Notes: a model not told the origin generated them from the letters alone. A stretch of 45,440 nt of DNA from Gaiellaceae bacterium (GCA_046714355.1 JBKKAR010000191.1:1-45440); one strand, 5' to 3'. Shown: positions 16,541 to 25,691, counted from the first letter of the stretch. A program made the numbers and translations.

Positions 16541-16557
16541 CGTTCCGCCAAACCCTC
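16541..16557 (-). repeat. terminal inverted repeat IR-R
   Basis: The reverse complement reads GAGGGTTTGGCGGAACG, matching IR-L at 16/17 once the 12-nt insertion is gapped. Confidence 0.7.
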
Positions 16558-16561
16558 CTAG
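16558..16561. repeat. CTAG target-site duplication, right copy (contains the pgi stop codon)
   Basis: CTAG directly abuts IR-R. Its CTA is the complement of the pgi TAG stop. Confidence 0.65.
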
Positions 16562-17859
16562 AGCTCCTCCAGCCGGACACGGACGATCTTCCGGCCCCGC
16601 TCTTGCAGCGCCTGATAGTCGCCGTCCGCCTGGGCGGCGATCAGCGTCCGGAAGCCGAACTTCCGTCCCGGGATCCGGAGCTCTTCGCCGAAGTCGTCCA
16701 CGACCTGGACGAACAGCCCCGTGTCGGGCCCGCCCTTGTGGAGCTGACCCGTCGAGTGGAGATACCGCGGCCCCAGTCCGACGGAGACGGCTGCGCCGGT
16801 CTCGCGGACACGCCGGACGAGCGGTTCGAGCTCCGCCTCCCGCGCAGGGTCGACGAACGCCTGGATGGCCACGTACCGCCCCGGTCGCGCCTCGGCAAGC
16901 AGTTCCCCCAGTGTCCCTTCGGGACCTCGCTCAGTGACTGTCACTGAGCCACGCCCCGAAAGGACGGCCTCGGTCTTGTCTTTCGCCGCCTGCACGTCCG
17001 GCTGATCGAAGGGATTGATCTCGAGGATCGAGCCGGCGACGGCGGTCGCGAACTCCCAGCGGAAGAACTCCTGCCCGAGCTCATGCGGATCGGGCAGCCG
17101 GACGTTGGGCGTCTCGCCGCCGGCTCGCACCGGAACTATGCCCTTGCCTTCCTTCCCGGTGGACTCGGCGACGAGCTGCTCGACCCAGAGCCCGAAGTCG
17201 CCGTCCACCTGGAGGAACTGCTGCTCGGCGAGCCAGAGCCCGAGCTCGAGGCCCGGGTTTTCCTCCGAGAGTCGGCACGCGTCGCGCATCTCCTCGGCCC
17301 GGTCGAGCAGACCGACGACGTCGGCGCCCATTAGCGCCGCCGGCAGCAGGCCGAACACGGAAAGGGCGGAGTAGCGGCCGCCGATCGTCGGCTCGCCGTA
17401 GAAGACGTCCTCCGAGAGCTCTGCGAGCGGCGAGCCAGGGTCGGTGACGGCCGCGAAGCGGCCGCCCCTGTCGCGGAAGTAGTCCGCGTGCGAGCGAGTC
17501 TCGATCGTGGTGCCGGATTTTGACGCGGCGATGAAGAGCGTCCGTTTGACGTCGACCGCCTCCTCAAGCCGGCGGATCGCGGTCGGATGGGTCGTGTCGA
17601 GAACGTGGAAGCGCTCTGCGGCGCAGGCGCGGCGCATGACCTCGGGCGCGAGGCTCGATCCACCCATCCCGAGCAGCACGACGTCGTCGACGTCGGCCTC
17701 GAGCCTCGTCGCGAACTCGAGCAGCTCGTGCGCCCGCTCGCGCATCCGCGCGGGCTCGTCCAGCCACCCGAGCCAGTGCGCTTCGTCAGCGCCGGTCCAG
17801 ACGGACGGGTCGCGCTCCCAGATCCGCTCGACCAGCTCGGCGGGTGCGAGGGTGCTCAA
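16558..17859 (-). CDS. pgi: glucose-6-phosphate isomerase (short Tal-associated type)
   Basis: LGMGGSSLAPEV, FIAASKSGTTIETRS, GGRYSALS motifs. Start placed at TTG 17859, overlapping the tal TGA (TTGA). The N-terminal 106 aa of the track ORF lie inside tal in another frame. Confidence 0.85.
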   Translation of the reverse strand: MSTLAPAELVERIWERDPSVWTGADEAHWLGWLDEPARMRERAHELLEFATRLEADVDDVVLLGMGGSSLAPEVMRRACAAERFHVLDTTHPTAIRRLEEAVDVKRTLFIAASKSGTTIETRSHADYFRDRGGRFAAVTDPGSPLAELSEDVFYGEPTIGGRYSALSVFGLLPAALMGADVVGLLDRAEEMRDACRLSEENPGLELGLWLAEQQFLQVDGDFGLWVEQLVAESTGKEGKGIVPVRAGGETPNVRLPDPHELGQEFFRWEFATAVAGSILEINPFDQPDVQAAKDKTEAVLSGRGSVTVTERGPEGTLGELLAEARPGRYVAIQAFVDPAREAELEPLVRRVRETGAAVSVGLGPRYLHSTGQLHKGGPDTGLFVQVVDDFGEELRIPGRKFGFRTLIAAQADGDYQALQERGRKIVRVRLEEL

Positions 17860-18962
17860 GCCGAGACGAGCTGGCCGCGCTTGGAGGAGATGCCCTCGAT
17901 CAGCTCGTCGAAAGAGTCGGCGAACTTCTGGACGCCCTCCTCCTCGAGCACCCGCGTGACGTCGTCGTAGTCGACCCCGGCCTTCGCGAGCTCGACGAAG
18001 AGCTCTCGCGCCTCGTCGAGGCCTTCCTCGAGCGTAAGTCGGACCTCTCCGTGGTCCTGGAACGCCTCGATCGTCTCCTTCGGCATCGTGTTCACCGTTT
18101 GCGGGCCGATCAGCTCCTCGACATACATGACGTCGCGATACGAGGGGTTCTTCGTCGACGTCGACGCCCACAGGCACCGCTGCGCGGAAGCTCCGTGCGG
18201 GACGAGCGCGTCCCAGCGCTCGCCGGCGAAGATCTCCTTGTAGCGTTGGTAGGCGAGCTTCGCGTTCGCGCTCGCCAGCTTCCCCTCCAGGTGGTCGTGG
18301 CCGCCGAGCTCGTCCAGGCGCTTGTCAGCTTCGGTGTCGACCCGCGAGACGAAGAAGCTCGCGACGGACGTAACCGTCGTAAGGTCGCCGCCGGCCTCGA
18401 CGAGTCGCTCGAGGCCGCGGATGTAGGCGTTCGCGACCTCCGCGTACCGGTCGAGCCCGAAGATCAGCGTGACGTTGATGCTCTTGCCGCGCGCGGTCAT
18501 CTCCTCGATCGCAGGAACGCCGGCCGCGGTGGCCGGAATCTTCACGTAGAGGTTCGACTTGGCGATCTCGTCGTGGAACCGTTGCGCCTGCTCGATCGTC
18601 GCCTCGGTGTCGTGCGCGATCCCGGGCTCGACCTCGAGCGAGACGTAGCCGTCCTGACCCTCGGTGACGTCCCAGACCTGCTTCATCAGGTCGCAGGCCT
18701 CGCGGATGTCGTCGAAGGCGAGGCGGAAGAAGACTTCCTTCAGGTCGTCGGTCTCCGCCAGCACCTCGCGCAGCTGGTCGTCGTACCAATCCCCTTCCGC
18801 CATCGCCTTCTGGAAGATGGTCGGGTTGGACGTGACTCCGACGACCGCGTCCTCGTCCATGAGCCGCTTGAGCTCGCCCGTCCGCAACCACTCGCGGGAG
18901 AGGGAGTCGATCCAGACGCTCTGGCCGAGGTCGCTTAGCTGATGCAGTCGCGATTCAGACAC
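17856..18962 (-). CDS. tal: transaldolase (actinobacterial long type)
   Basis: LSDLGQSVWIDSLSR, VTSNPTIFQKA, YVSLEV, VKIPAT motifs. GTG 18962 gives 368 aa and overlaps the rpiB stop (GTGTCTGA). Confidence 0.9.
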   Translation of the reverse strand: MSESRLHQLSDLGQSVWIDSLSREWLRTGELKRLMDEDAVVGVTSNPTIFQKAMAEGDWYDDQLREVLAETDDLKEVFFRLAFDDIREACDLMKQVWDVTEGQDGYVSLEVEPGIAHDTEATIEQAQRFHDEIAKSNLYVKIPATAAGVPAIEEMTARGKSINVTLIFGLDRYAEVANAYIRGLERLVEAGGDLTTVTSVASFFVSRVDTEADKRLDELGGHDHLEGKLASANAKLAYQRYKEIFAGERWDALVPHGASAQRCLWASTSTKNPSYRDVMYVEELIGPQTVNTMPKETIEAFQDHGEVRLTLEEGLDEARELFVELAKAGVDYDDVTRVLEEEGVQKFADSFDELIEGISSKRGQLVSA

Positions 18963-19410
18963 CCGAAGCCTCTCTTTCCATCGCCTCGATCTTCTCAAGT
19001 CGCCGCCGGTAGCGCTCGCCTCCGTCGAACTCCGCGGCGAGGAAGACCCGGATCAGCTCGCCGGCCAGGTCGGCGCCGACGACCCCGGACCCGATGCAAA
19101 GGACGTTCATGTCGTCGTGCTCGACGCCCTGATGAGCCGAGTACGTGTCGTGGCAGATCGCGGCCCGGATCCCAGGCAGCTTGCACGCGGCGATCGCGGC
19201 GCCGACGCCCGACCCGCAGACGAGGATTCCTCGGTCGACGTCACCGGAGCGGAGCGCCTCGCCGACCTCCCGGGCCTTGTCCGGATAGTCGACGGGGTCC
19301 TCGGAGTCCGTCCCGAGGTCGACGGGCTCGTGGCCGAGCGCCCGAACCTCGTCGAGGACCCGGTCCCGCAGCTTGACGCCCCTATGGTCGAAGGCAACCG
19401 CGATCCGCAT
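18955..19410 (-). CDS. rpiB: ribose-5-phosphate isomerase B
   Basis: MRIAVAFDHRG...GILVCGSGVGAAIAACK...AAICHDTYSAHQGVEHDDMNVLCIG, the RpiB/LacAB signature. 151 aa. Confidence 0.9.
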   Translation of the reverse strand: MRIAVAFDHRGVKLRDRVLDEVRALGHEPVDLGTDSEDPVDYPDKAREVGEALRSGDVDRGILVCGSGVGAAIAACKLPGIRAAICHDTYSAHQGVEHDDMNVLCIGSGVVGADLAGELIRVFLAAEFDGGERYRRRLEKIEAMEREASGV

Positions 19411-19418
19411 AGCTCGTC

Positions 19419-19425
19419 TACGTTA
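19419..19425. promoter_or_regulatory. shared palindromic -10 region for divergent rpiB and tkt
   Basis: TACGTT on the + strand (8 nt before tkt ATG 19433) overlaps TAACGT on the - strand (9 nt before rpiB ATG 19410). The whole intergenic region is 22 bp. Confidence 0.4.
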
Positions 19426-19432
19426 CCCCTAC

Positions 19433-21265
19433 ATGGACGGCCCGGATCTCTGGCGGGAGCTCGGACAGCAGCTGCGCGTCGACGCGGTGCGCGCGAGCGC
19501 GAAGGCGGGCTCGGGCCATCCGACCTCGTCGATGTCCGCCGCCGACCTCGCGGCCGTCTTGCTCGCCGAACACTTCCGTTACGACTTCGACGACCCGAAG
19601 AGCCCGGCGAACGACCGTCTGATCTTCTCGAAAGGCCACGCTTCGCCGCTCGTTTACGGCCTCTTTCGCGCCGCAGGCGTCCTCTCTGAGGAGGAGTTCG
19701 GCACCTACCGGCAGTTCGGCAGCCGCCTCGAGGGCCACCCGACGCCCGTGCTCCCGTGGGTCGACGTCGCGACCGGCTCGCTCGGGCAGGGATTGCCGAT
19801 CGGGGTCGGCATGGCGATCGCCGGAAAGCGGCTCGACCAGCTCCCGTTCCGGGTTTGGGTCATCTGCGGCGACAGCGAGATGGCCGAGGGCTCGATGTGG
19901 GAAGCCGCCGAGCACGCCGCCTTCTACGAGCTGGACAACCTGACCGCGATCATCGACGTGAACAGGCTGGGCCAGCGCGGCGAGACGATGCACGGCTGGA
20001 ATCTCTCGTCCTACTCGGACCGGCTGCGCGCTTTCGGCTGGCACGCGATCGAGGTTGACGGCCACGACGTCGAACAGATCGACGCCGCGTACCGCGAGGC
20101 CGAGTCCATGACCGGGAAGCCGACGGCAATCGTCGCGAAGACGATCAAGGGCAAGGGCTACTCCGAGATCGAGGATAAGGGCGGCTGGCACGGCAAGGCG
20201 GTCGCCGAGGATGCGGTCGAGGAGCTCGGCGGGATCCGCAACGTCGAGGTAGACGTCCCGAAGCCGGAAGCCGGCGCGCCGCACAGCTTCGACGCCCCGG
20301 GAGCGCCGGAGTGGCCTAGGTACGAGCTCGGCTCGAAGGTCGCAACCCGGAAGGCGTACGGTGACGCGCTCGCGGCGCTCGGCGGCGTCGACGGGAAGGT
20401 CGTCGTCCTCGACGGGGAGGTCTCGAACTCGACCTACGCCGAGATCTTCCGGGACGCCCACCCCGACCGGTTCTTCGAGATGTACATCGCGGAGCAGCAG
20501 CTGATCGCGGCGGCCGTGGGGATGCAGGTGCTCGGCTGGAAGCCGTTCGCATCCACCTTCGCGGCGTTCCTGAGCCGGGGCTACGACTTCGTCCGGATGG
20601 CGGCGATCAGCCGCGCGACGCTCAAGCTCTGCGGCTCGCACGCCGGAGTCTCGATCGGCGAGGACGGACCCTCGCAAATGGCGCTCGAGGATCTCGCCGA
20701 GTTCCGTGCGATTCACGGCTCGACCGTGCTCTACCCATGCGACGGCAACCAGACGACCAAGCTCGTCCAGGCCATGGCCGACATCGACGGCATCTCGTTC
20801 ATTCGGACGACGAGGGCAGATACGCCGGTCGTCTACGAGCCGGACGAGGAGTTCCCGGTCGGCGGGAGCAAGACGGTGCGCTCGTCTGACGACGACGACG
20901 TGACGATCGTCGCTGCAGGAATCACGCTCCACGAGGCGCTCGCGGCCGCCGACCAGCTCGCCGAGGAGGGCATGTCGGCACGCGTGATCGACCTCTACTC
21001 GGTGAAGCCGATCGACGGAGAGACGCTGCGCTCGATCCGGACGCCGATCGTCACGGTCGAGGACCACTGGGCCGAGGGAGGGGTCGGCGAGGCGGTGCTC
21101 TCCGTGCTCGCCGAGAGTGAGGAGCGGCCGCCGGTTCGCGTGCTCGCCGTGAGAGAGCTTCCGCACTCGGGCAAGCCGGCGGAGCTGCTGGCAGCCGCCG
21201 GGATCGACGCCCAGGCGATCGCCGAGGCAGCTCGGGCGCTCGTCAGCTCCCGAGTGCCTGCCTGA
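19433..21265 (+). CDS. tkt: transketolase (~610-aa single-chain form)
   Basis: GSGHPTSSMSAADL, GSLGQGLPIGVGMA, CGDSEMAEGSMWEA (ThDP motif), IAEQQL, EDGPSQMALEDL. ATG 19433 chosen because upstream in-frame codons overlap rpiB. Confidence 0.9.
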   Translation: MDGPDLWRELGQQLRVDAVRASAKAGSGHPTSSMSAADLAAVLLAEHFRYDFDDPKSPANDRLIFSKGHASPLVYGLFRAAGVLSEEEFGTYRQFGSRLEGHPTPVLPWVDVATGSLGQGLPIGVGMAIAGKRLDQLPFRVWVICGDSEMAEGSMWEAAEHAAFYELDNLTAIIDVNRLGQRGETMHGWNLSSYSDRLRAFGWHAIEVDGHDVEQIDAAYREAESMTGKPTAIVAKTIKGKGYSEIEDKGGWHGKAVAEDAVEELGGIRNVEVDVPKPEAGAPHSFDAPGAPEWPRYELGSKVATRKAYGDALAALGGVDGKVVVLDGEVSNSTYAEIFRDAHPDRFFEMYIAEQQLIAAAVGMQVLGWKPFASTFAAFLSRGYDFVRMAAISRATLKLCGSHAGVSIGEDGPSQMALEDLAEFRAIHGSTVLYPCDGNQTTKLVQAMADIDGISFIRTTRADTPVVYEPDEEFPVGGSKTVRSSDDDDVTIVAAGITLHEALAAADQLAEEGMSARVIDLYSVKPIDGETLRSIRTPIVTVEDHWAEGGVGEAVLSVLAESEERPPVRVLAVRELPHSGKPAELLAAAGIDAQAIAEAARALVSSRVPA

Positions 21266-21729
21266 TCTCCGCGACGAGCGAGTCGATTTCGAAGGGCTTG
21301 TGGAAGAAGCTGCGCGCGCCCATCGCGACCGCCTTCTCACCCTCGCTCGGATCGCGCGCGGTGATCACGATCACGGGGATCATCTCGAGCTCCGGGATTG
21401 CCTTCATCCGCTCCATGACGACCGGCAGGCAGGCCGATGGGCGCTTGTCAGTCGGCGCTTGCTCAGAGGGCATCGTCCAGGTTGGCAAGCGCGCCTCGAT
21501 CAGTCGGCGAAGCCAGGCCCGGCCGCCGAGTGTCAGAAAGATGCGGTCGGGCAGCCACGTATGCGGTATCTCGGCTGACAGCCGCACAGTCGAGCCGGCA
21601 CCGTTCGGCTGGATGTCCCAGGCGACGAGCCCGAGGAAGCGCTCCTCGAGACCAGTGGTTTCGAAGATCCGAGAGGAACTCGAAGGCACGCTCGGGCGGA
21701 GCCGCGATCGAACGTGTGGCCTCGATCAA
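21243..21729 (-). pseudogene. decayed chimeric ORF: frameshifted SRPBCC-like fragment joined to the C-terminal half of a receiver domain
   Basis: TTG 21729 (TTGA overlap with the upstream SDR stop) opens [26 protein letters not shown], a typical SRPBCC N-terminus. It shifts frame near 21650 into ...LEERFLGLVAWDIQPNGAGSTVRLSAEI.... The same frame ends with MERMKAIPELEMIPVIVITARDPSEGEKAVAMGARSFFHKPFEIDSL, which is receiver beta3-alpha5 only, with no phospho-Asp region. Confidence 0.55.
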
Positions 21730-22622
21730 GCGGTGACGCGGCGAAGCTGTTCGTCGAGCGGCACGAGCGGCAGCTCGAAGGTGCGTACCGCCGCGTCGTT
21801 CGAGACGACGTTGTCGCCTGCATCGAGCATGGTCAGCAGATCGCGCGTGAGCGGGATGTTCCCCGGCAGGCGCTCGGTCAGCGTTGCCGGGATGCGCATC
21901 AGCGCGGTCGGGAGATGCATCGTCGGGCGGCGGCGGATCCCGAGCGTCCGTCGAATCCGCTGCCAGAGCTCGTCCCAGTTGACGACGTCAGGCCCGCCGA
22001 GCTCGAAGGTCTTGTTGGCCGCCTCGGCCTTATCGACCGAGGCGGCGAAGGAGGCGCCGACGTCTTCGACCCAGATCGGCTGGATCCGTTGCTTTCCGCT
22101 GCCGACGATCCCGGTCACCGGCGCCAGCTTGGCCAGCTTCACGAACGTCGGGAGAATGCCACCGTCCCGGCCGAAGACGAAGCTCGGCCTGAAGATGACG
22201 TGCTCGAGCCCTGAGGCCTTGACGTCCTGCTCCTCCTGCCATTTCGCCCCGAAGTACGGGACGAGATCCTTCGTCTCCGCACTCGTCCCGAGGGCGCTCA
22301 TGAGGACAAACCGTCCGACGTCGGCCGACTTGCTCGCTGCCAGCAAGTTTCGCGAGCCCTCGATCATCACGCGCTGGAACTGCTCGGGCTTTCCCTGTCG
22401 AATGGCGACGAGGTGGACGACCACCTCCCGCCCCTCGACGGCACGACGCAGGCTGTCCGCATCGGTCATGTCTCCCTGGACGGCCTCCTGGCAGCGGATC
22501 CCGGCCTCCTCCCACGAGCCCGGCTTGCGCTCGAGTACCCGGACCTCGTGGCCCGCGTCGACGATCGCGTTCGCGACTTTCGGGCCGACGAAGCCGGTCG
22601 CGCCGGTGACGAGGACCTTCAC
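21726..22622 (-). CDS. NAD(P)-binding atypical SDR (NmrA/NDUFA9-like epimerase-dehydratase fold)
   Basis: [16 protein letters not shown] Rossmann motif, 298 aa. GTG start overlaps the dcd TGA (GTGA). Confidence 0.8.
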   Translation of the reverse strand: MKVLVTGATGFVGPKVANAIVDAGHEVRVLERKPGSWEEAGIRCQEAVQGDMTDADSLRRAVEGREVVVHLVAIRQGKPEQFQRVMIEGSRNLLAASKSADVGRFVLMSALGTSAETKDLVPYFGAKWQEEQDVKASGLEHVIFRPSFVFGRDGGILPTFVKLAKLAPVTGIVGSGKQRIQPIWVEDVGASFAASVDKAEAANKTFELGGPDVVNWDELWQRIRRTLGIRRRPTMHLPTALMRIPATLTERLPGNIPLTRDLLTMLDAGDNVVSNDAAVRTFELPLVPLDEQLRRVTA

Positions 22623-23194
22623 GTCACACGCTCGCGGAAGTTCTCGTAGTACCGGCTCGGCGTCGGGCCCTGCTGGCCCTGGTACTTCGAGCCGAGCCCG
22701 CCCGACCCGTACGGCAACTCGGCCGGCTCGGTCAGCTGCACGAACGAGAGCTGGCCGATCTTCATCGCGTAGTAGATCGTGATCGGGAGGTTGGCGACGT
22801 TCGAGAGCTCGAGCGTGACGTGTCCGTCCCAGCCGGGGTCGATGAAGCCGGCCGTCGAGTGGATCAGGAGCCCGAGGCGTCCCAGGCTGGACTTCCCCTC
22901 CAAGCGCGCGACGAGGTCATCCGGCAACCGGATCCGTTCCAGCGTCGACGCCAGCACGAACTCGCCCGGGTGCAGGATGAACGGGCGCTCCGCGTCGATC
23001 TCGACGAGCTCGGTCAGATCCTCCTGCGGCTCCTTCACGTCGATGTACGGGTACCGGGCGTTGTGGAAGACGCGGAAGTAGCGGTCGACGCGGACGTCTA
23101 CGCTCGACGGCTGCAGCAGCGACGCGTCGTAGGGGTCGATCTCGATTCGACCTTCGTCCAGCAGTCGGCGGATCGTGCGGTCGGCGAGGACCAC
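22619..23194 (-). CDS. dcd: dCTP deaminase
   Basis: [21 protein letters not shown]..., [42 protein letters not shown] 23194 is preceded by GGAAGGAG 6 nt upstream. 191 aa. Confidence 0.9.
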   Translation of the reverse strand: MVLADRTIRRLLDEGRIEIDPYDASLLQPSSVDVRVDRYFRVFHNARYPYIDVKEPQEDLTELVEIDAERPFILHPGEFVLASTLERIRLPDDLVARLEGKSSLGRLGLLIHSTAGFIDPGWDGHVTLELSNVANLPITIYYAMKIGQLSFVQLTEPAELPYGSGGLGSKYQGQQGPTPSRYYENFRERVT

Positions 23195-23231
23195 TAGTGC
23201 TCCTTCCAGTAATGCTGCCTCGGGCGGAGCA

Positions 23232-24113
23232 CTACAGCGACGCTTCGGCGGTTCGGCTGAGCTCGGAGAACTCGGCGTCTGTGAGCTCGAGTGAAGTAGC
23301 GGCCACGTTCTCCTCGAGGTGTGCGGCGGACGAGGTTCCCGGAATCGGCGCCATGACCGGCGAGCGGCGGAGCAGCCAGGCGAGCGCCACCTGGGCGGCC
23401 GTCGCCCCGCGGTCACGCGCGATCTGCGCGAGGCGTCCCCGGGATCGCGCGAGCTCTCCAAGGGCGAGGGGAAACCAGGGGAGGAAAGCCAGCCCGTCGC
23501 GCTCGCACGCGTCCAGGACGCCCTCGGAGTGGCGGTCGGCCAGGCTGTAGCGATTCTGCACCGAGACGACCGAGACGAGCTCGCGGGCGGCGGCGAGCTG
23601 GCGAGCGTCGACGTTCGAGACCCCGATGTGGAGGATCTTGCCCTCCCGCTGGAGCTCGGCGAGTGCGCCGACCGACTCCTCGAGCGGCACCTGGGGATCG
23701 ACGGCGTGGAGCTGGTAGAGGTCGATCCGCTCGAGGCGCAGGCGCCGGAGGCTGCCCTCGAGCGCCTCGCGGAGACTCTCCGGCCGGCCGTCCCGCTGCC
23801 ACTCGCCCGGGCCGGGACGAGTCAACCCGCCTTTCGTCGCGATCACCAGGTGGTCGGGGTACGGGTGCAGCGCGTCGGCGATCAATTCCTCGTTCACGTC
23901 GGGCCCGTACGACGCGGCGGTGTCGATCAGGGCGACGCCCAACTCGAGGACGCGGCGCAGGACGGACTTCGCGACCTCACGGTCCGCAGGGTCGCCCCAG
24001 ACGCCCTGGCCGGTGAGGCGCATGGCTCCGAAGCCCATCCGGTTGACCGTGAGGTCGCCGAGAGTGACGGTTCCGGCGGCGGCCGCCGGCTGGGTCGTAG
24101 GCTCGGCGTGCAT
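23232..24113 (-). CDS. aldo/keto reductase
   Basis: [51 protein letters not shown] motifs. ATG 24113 chosen (293 aa). Confidence 0.85.
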   Translation of the reverse strand: MHAEPTTQPAAAAGTVTLGDLTVNRMGFGAMRLTGQGVWGDPADREVAKSVLRRVLELGVALIDTAASYGPDVNEELIADALHPYPDHLVIATKGGLTRPGPGEWQRDGRPESLREALEGSLRRLRLERIDLYQLHAVDPQVPLEESVGALAELQREGKILHIGVSNVDARQLAAARELVSVVSVQNRYSLADRHSEGVLDACERDGLAFLPWFPLALGELARSRGRLAQIARDRGATAAQVALAWLLRRSPVMAPIPGTSSAAHLEENVAATSLELTDAEFSELSRTAEASL

Positions 24114-24120
24114 CGGCCGG

Positions 24121-24126
24121 AACCTA
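24121..24126 (-). promoter_or_regulatory. -10-like TAGGTT, 7 nt upstream of the reductase ATG
   Basis: Minus strand reads TAGGTT-ccggccg-ATG. Confidence 0.35.
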
Positions 24127-24165
24127 GCGTAGAGTCGCGCAGTCAAGCGAGCAAAGGAGGCTTTC

Positions 24166-24600
24166 GTGACGCAGATTCGCGCGGGTGCGTATGCGGCTTG
24201 GCGATATCTCATCGTTCTCTTCGTCGTCGTCGTTGTCGTCCAGTTCTTCCTCGCTGGCGTCGGGGTTTTCAATCCTTCGGAGAGCAGCGAACCCTACGAT
24301 CCGCACTCCGCTGTCGGCTTCCTCGGCGCGATGGTCGGCTCGCTTCTGCTCATGCTCCTTGCGTTGATCGCCTGGCGCGACCGGATGATCACGGGCGGTA
24401 GCGTGGCCCTCTTCATCCTCTCGGCGATCATCCAACCAGCACTCGCGGAGTTCAATTCCTGGGCCGGGCCGTTCCATGCGGTCAACGGTTTGATCATCCT
24501 CGGCCTCTCCGCCACGCTGATGCGACGCGCCTGGGGCTGGGGCACGGGCCGGCCGGGACCCTCTGACCCGGCGGCCTCCACGATGCGGGACGTCGCCTAG
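24166..24600 (+). CDS. 4-TM membrane protein, unknown function
   Basis: AAGGAGG 7 nt upstream of GTG 24166. Four hydrophobic helices (YLIVLFVVVVVVQFFLAGVGVF, VGFLGAMVGSLLLMLLALIAW, VALFILSAIIQPAL, VNGLIILGLSATLM). Confidence 0.7.
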   Translation: MTQIRAGAYAAWRYLIVLFVVVVVVQFFLAGVGVFNPSESSEPYDPHSAVGFLGAMVGSLLLMLLALIAWRDRMITGGSVALFILSAIIQPALAEFNSWAGPFHAVNGLIILGLSATLMRRAWGWGTGRPGPSDPAASTMRDVA

Positions 24601-24614
24601 TCTCCCTCCAGGCA

Positions 24615-25691
24615 CTAGACCAGCGTCAGCTGCCGGTGTTCCTCGAGGCCCGACAGGCCGACCCCGACGAGCCTGAGGGCGCCGGGCCGATCGGCGAGGG
24701 CGCGGTCGAGGAGTGCGCAGGCGAGCTCGGCGATCCGGTCCGGGTCGTCCGTCCCGACCGGGAGGCTCGTCGAACGGCTCCTGATGGAGAAGTCCGGGTA
24801 GCGCACCTTCGTCGTCACGGTGCGCGCGGTCTCGCCAGAGCGGACAAGGTGCTCGGCGAGCGCGACGGACATCCGGCGGAGCTCGGCGCGAAGCTGCTCC
24901 ACGTCGGCCACGTCCCGCTCGAACGTCTCCTCCTGGCTGACCGAGACGCGCTGGGTCTGGGTGTCGAGCCCTCGCGGGTCGATGCCGCGGGCGCGGTCCC
25001 GTAGCAGACCGCCGACCCTGCCGGGAAGCAGCTGCCGCAGGCGGACGTCCTCGAGGGCGGCGAGCGCGCCGATCGTGTCGATGCCGGCGGCGCGAAGGCG
25101 GCTCTCGGCTCTCGGCCCGACACCCGGCAGCCTTCGGATCTCGAACGGCGCGAGGAACTCGGCCTCGCGGCCGGGAAGGACGACGACGAGCCCCGCGGGC
25201 TTTCTCCGGTCGCTGGCGATCTTGGCGACGACCTTGCAGGTCGCGACACCGAGCGAGCACGTGAGGCTGGTGGCACCGCGGACTGCGGTCTGGACGGCTT
25301 CCGCGACCGCCCGCGCCTCGTTGAAGTCGCGCGCGACCTCGCCCAGGTCGAGATAGCCCTCGTCGAGACCGGTCCGCTCGACGGTCGGGACGACCTGGCG
25401 AACGGCGGTCCAGACTTCCTTCGAGTACGCGGAGTACGTCTTGTGCCGCGGACGGACGAAGACGGCGTGCGGGCAGCGCCGGAGCGCCTCGGCACAGCTC
25501 ATCGCCGAGTGGATCCCGAACTGACGTGCGACGTAGTTCGCGGTCGCGACGACGCCGCGCCCGCGCGGGTCGCCCCCGACGACGAGCGGCTTCGACTTCA
25601 GCTCCGGGCTCTCGAGCTCCTCCACGGCGGCGAAGAAGGCGTCGAGATCGAGGTGCGCGAGGGTCAGGGGGCCAGGCGTTCGATCGTCCAT
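24615..25691 (-). CDS. dinB: DNA polymerase IV (Y-family)
   Basis: LAHLDLDAFFAAVEEL, PLVVGG, VATANYVARQFGIHSAM, SLDEGYLDL-like (GLDEGYLDL), SLGVATCKVVAKIAS. ATG 25691 (358 aa) overlaps the pdxH end by 28 nt. Confidence 0.9.
   Translation of the reverse strand: MDDRTPGPLTLAHLDLDAFFAAVEELESPELKSKPLVVGGDPRGRGVVATANYVARQFGIHSAMSCAEALRRCPHAVFVRPRHKTYSAYSKEVWTAVRQVVPTVERTGLDEGYLDLGEVARDFNEARAVAEAVQTAVRGATSLTCSLGVATCKVVAKIASDRRKPAGLVVVLPGREAEFLAPFEIRRLPGVGPRAESRLRAAGIDTIGALAALEDVRLRQLLPGRVGGLLRDRARGIDPRGLDTQTQRVSVSQEETFERDVADVEQLRAELRRMSVALAEHLVRSGETARTVTTKVRYPDFSIRSRSTSLPVGTDDPDRIAELACALLDRALADRPGALRLVGVGLSGLEEHRQLTLV

Larger units (their letters stand above)
12887..16557 (-). mobile_element. IS5-family-like transposable unit with passenger genes (3,671 bp)
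   Basis: Bounded by GAGGGCTTGGCG[CTTCGATTGGCG]GAACG (12887-12915) and its inverted copy GAGGGTTTGGCGGAACG (reverse complement of 16541-16557), 16/17 identical, each flanked by CTAG. Contains an InsH/IS5-like DDE transposase. Visibly lower G+C at the right side. Confidence 0.7.
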
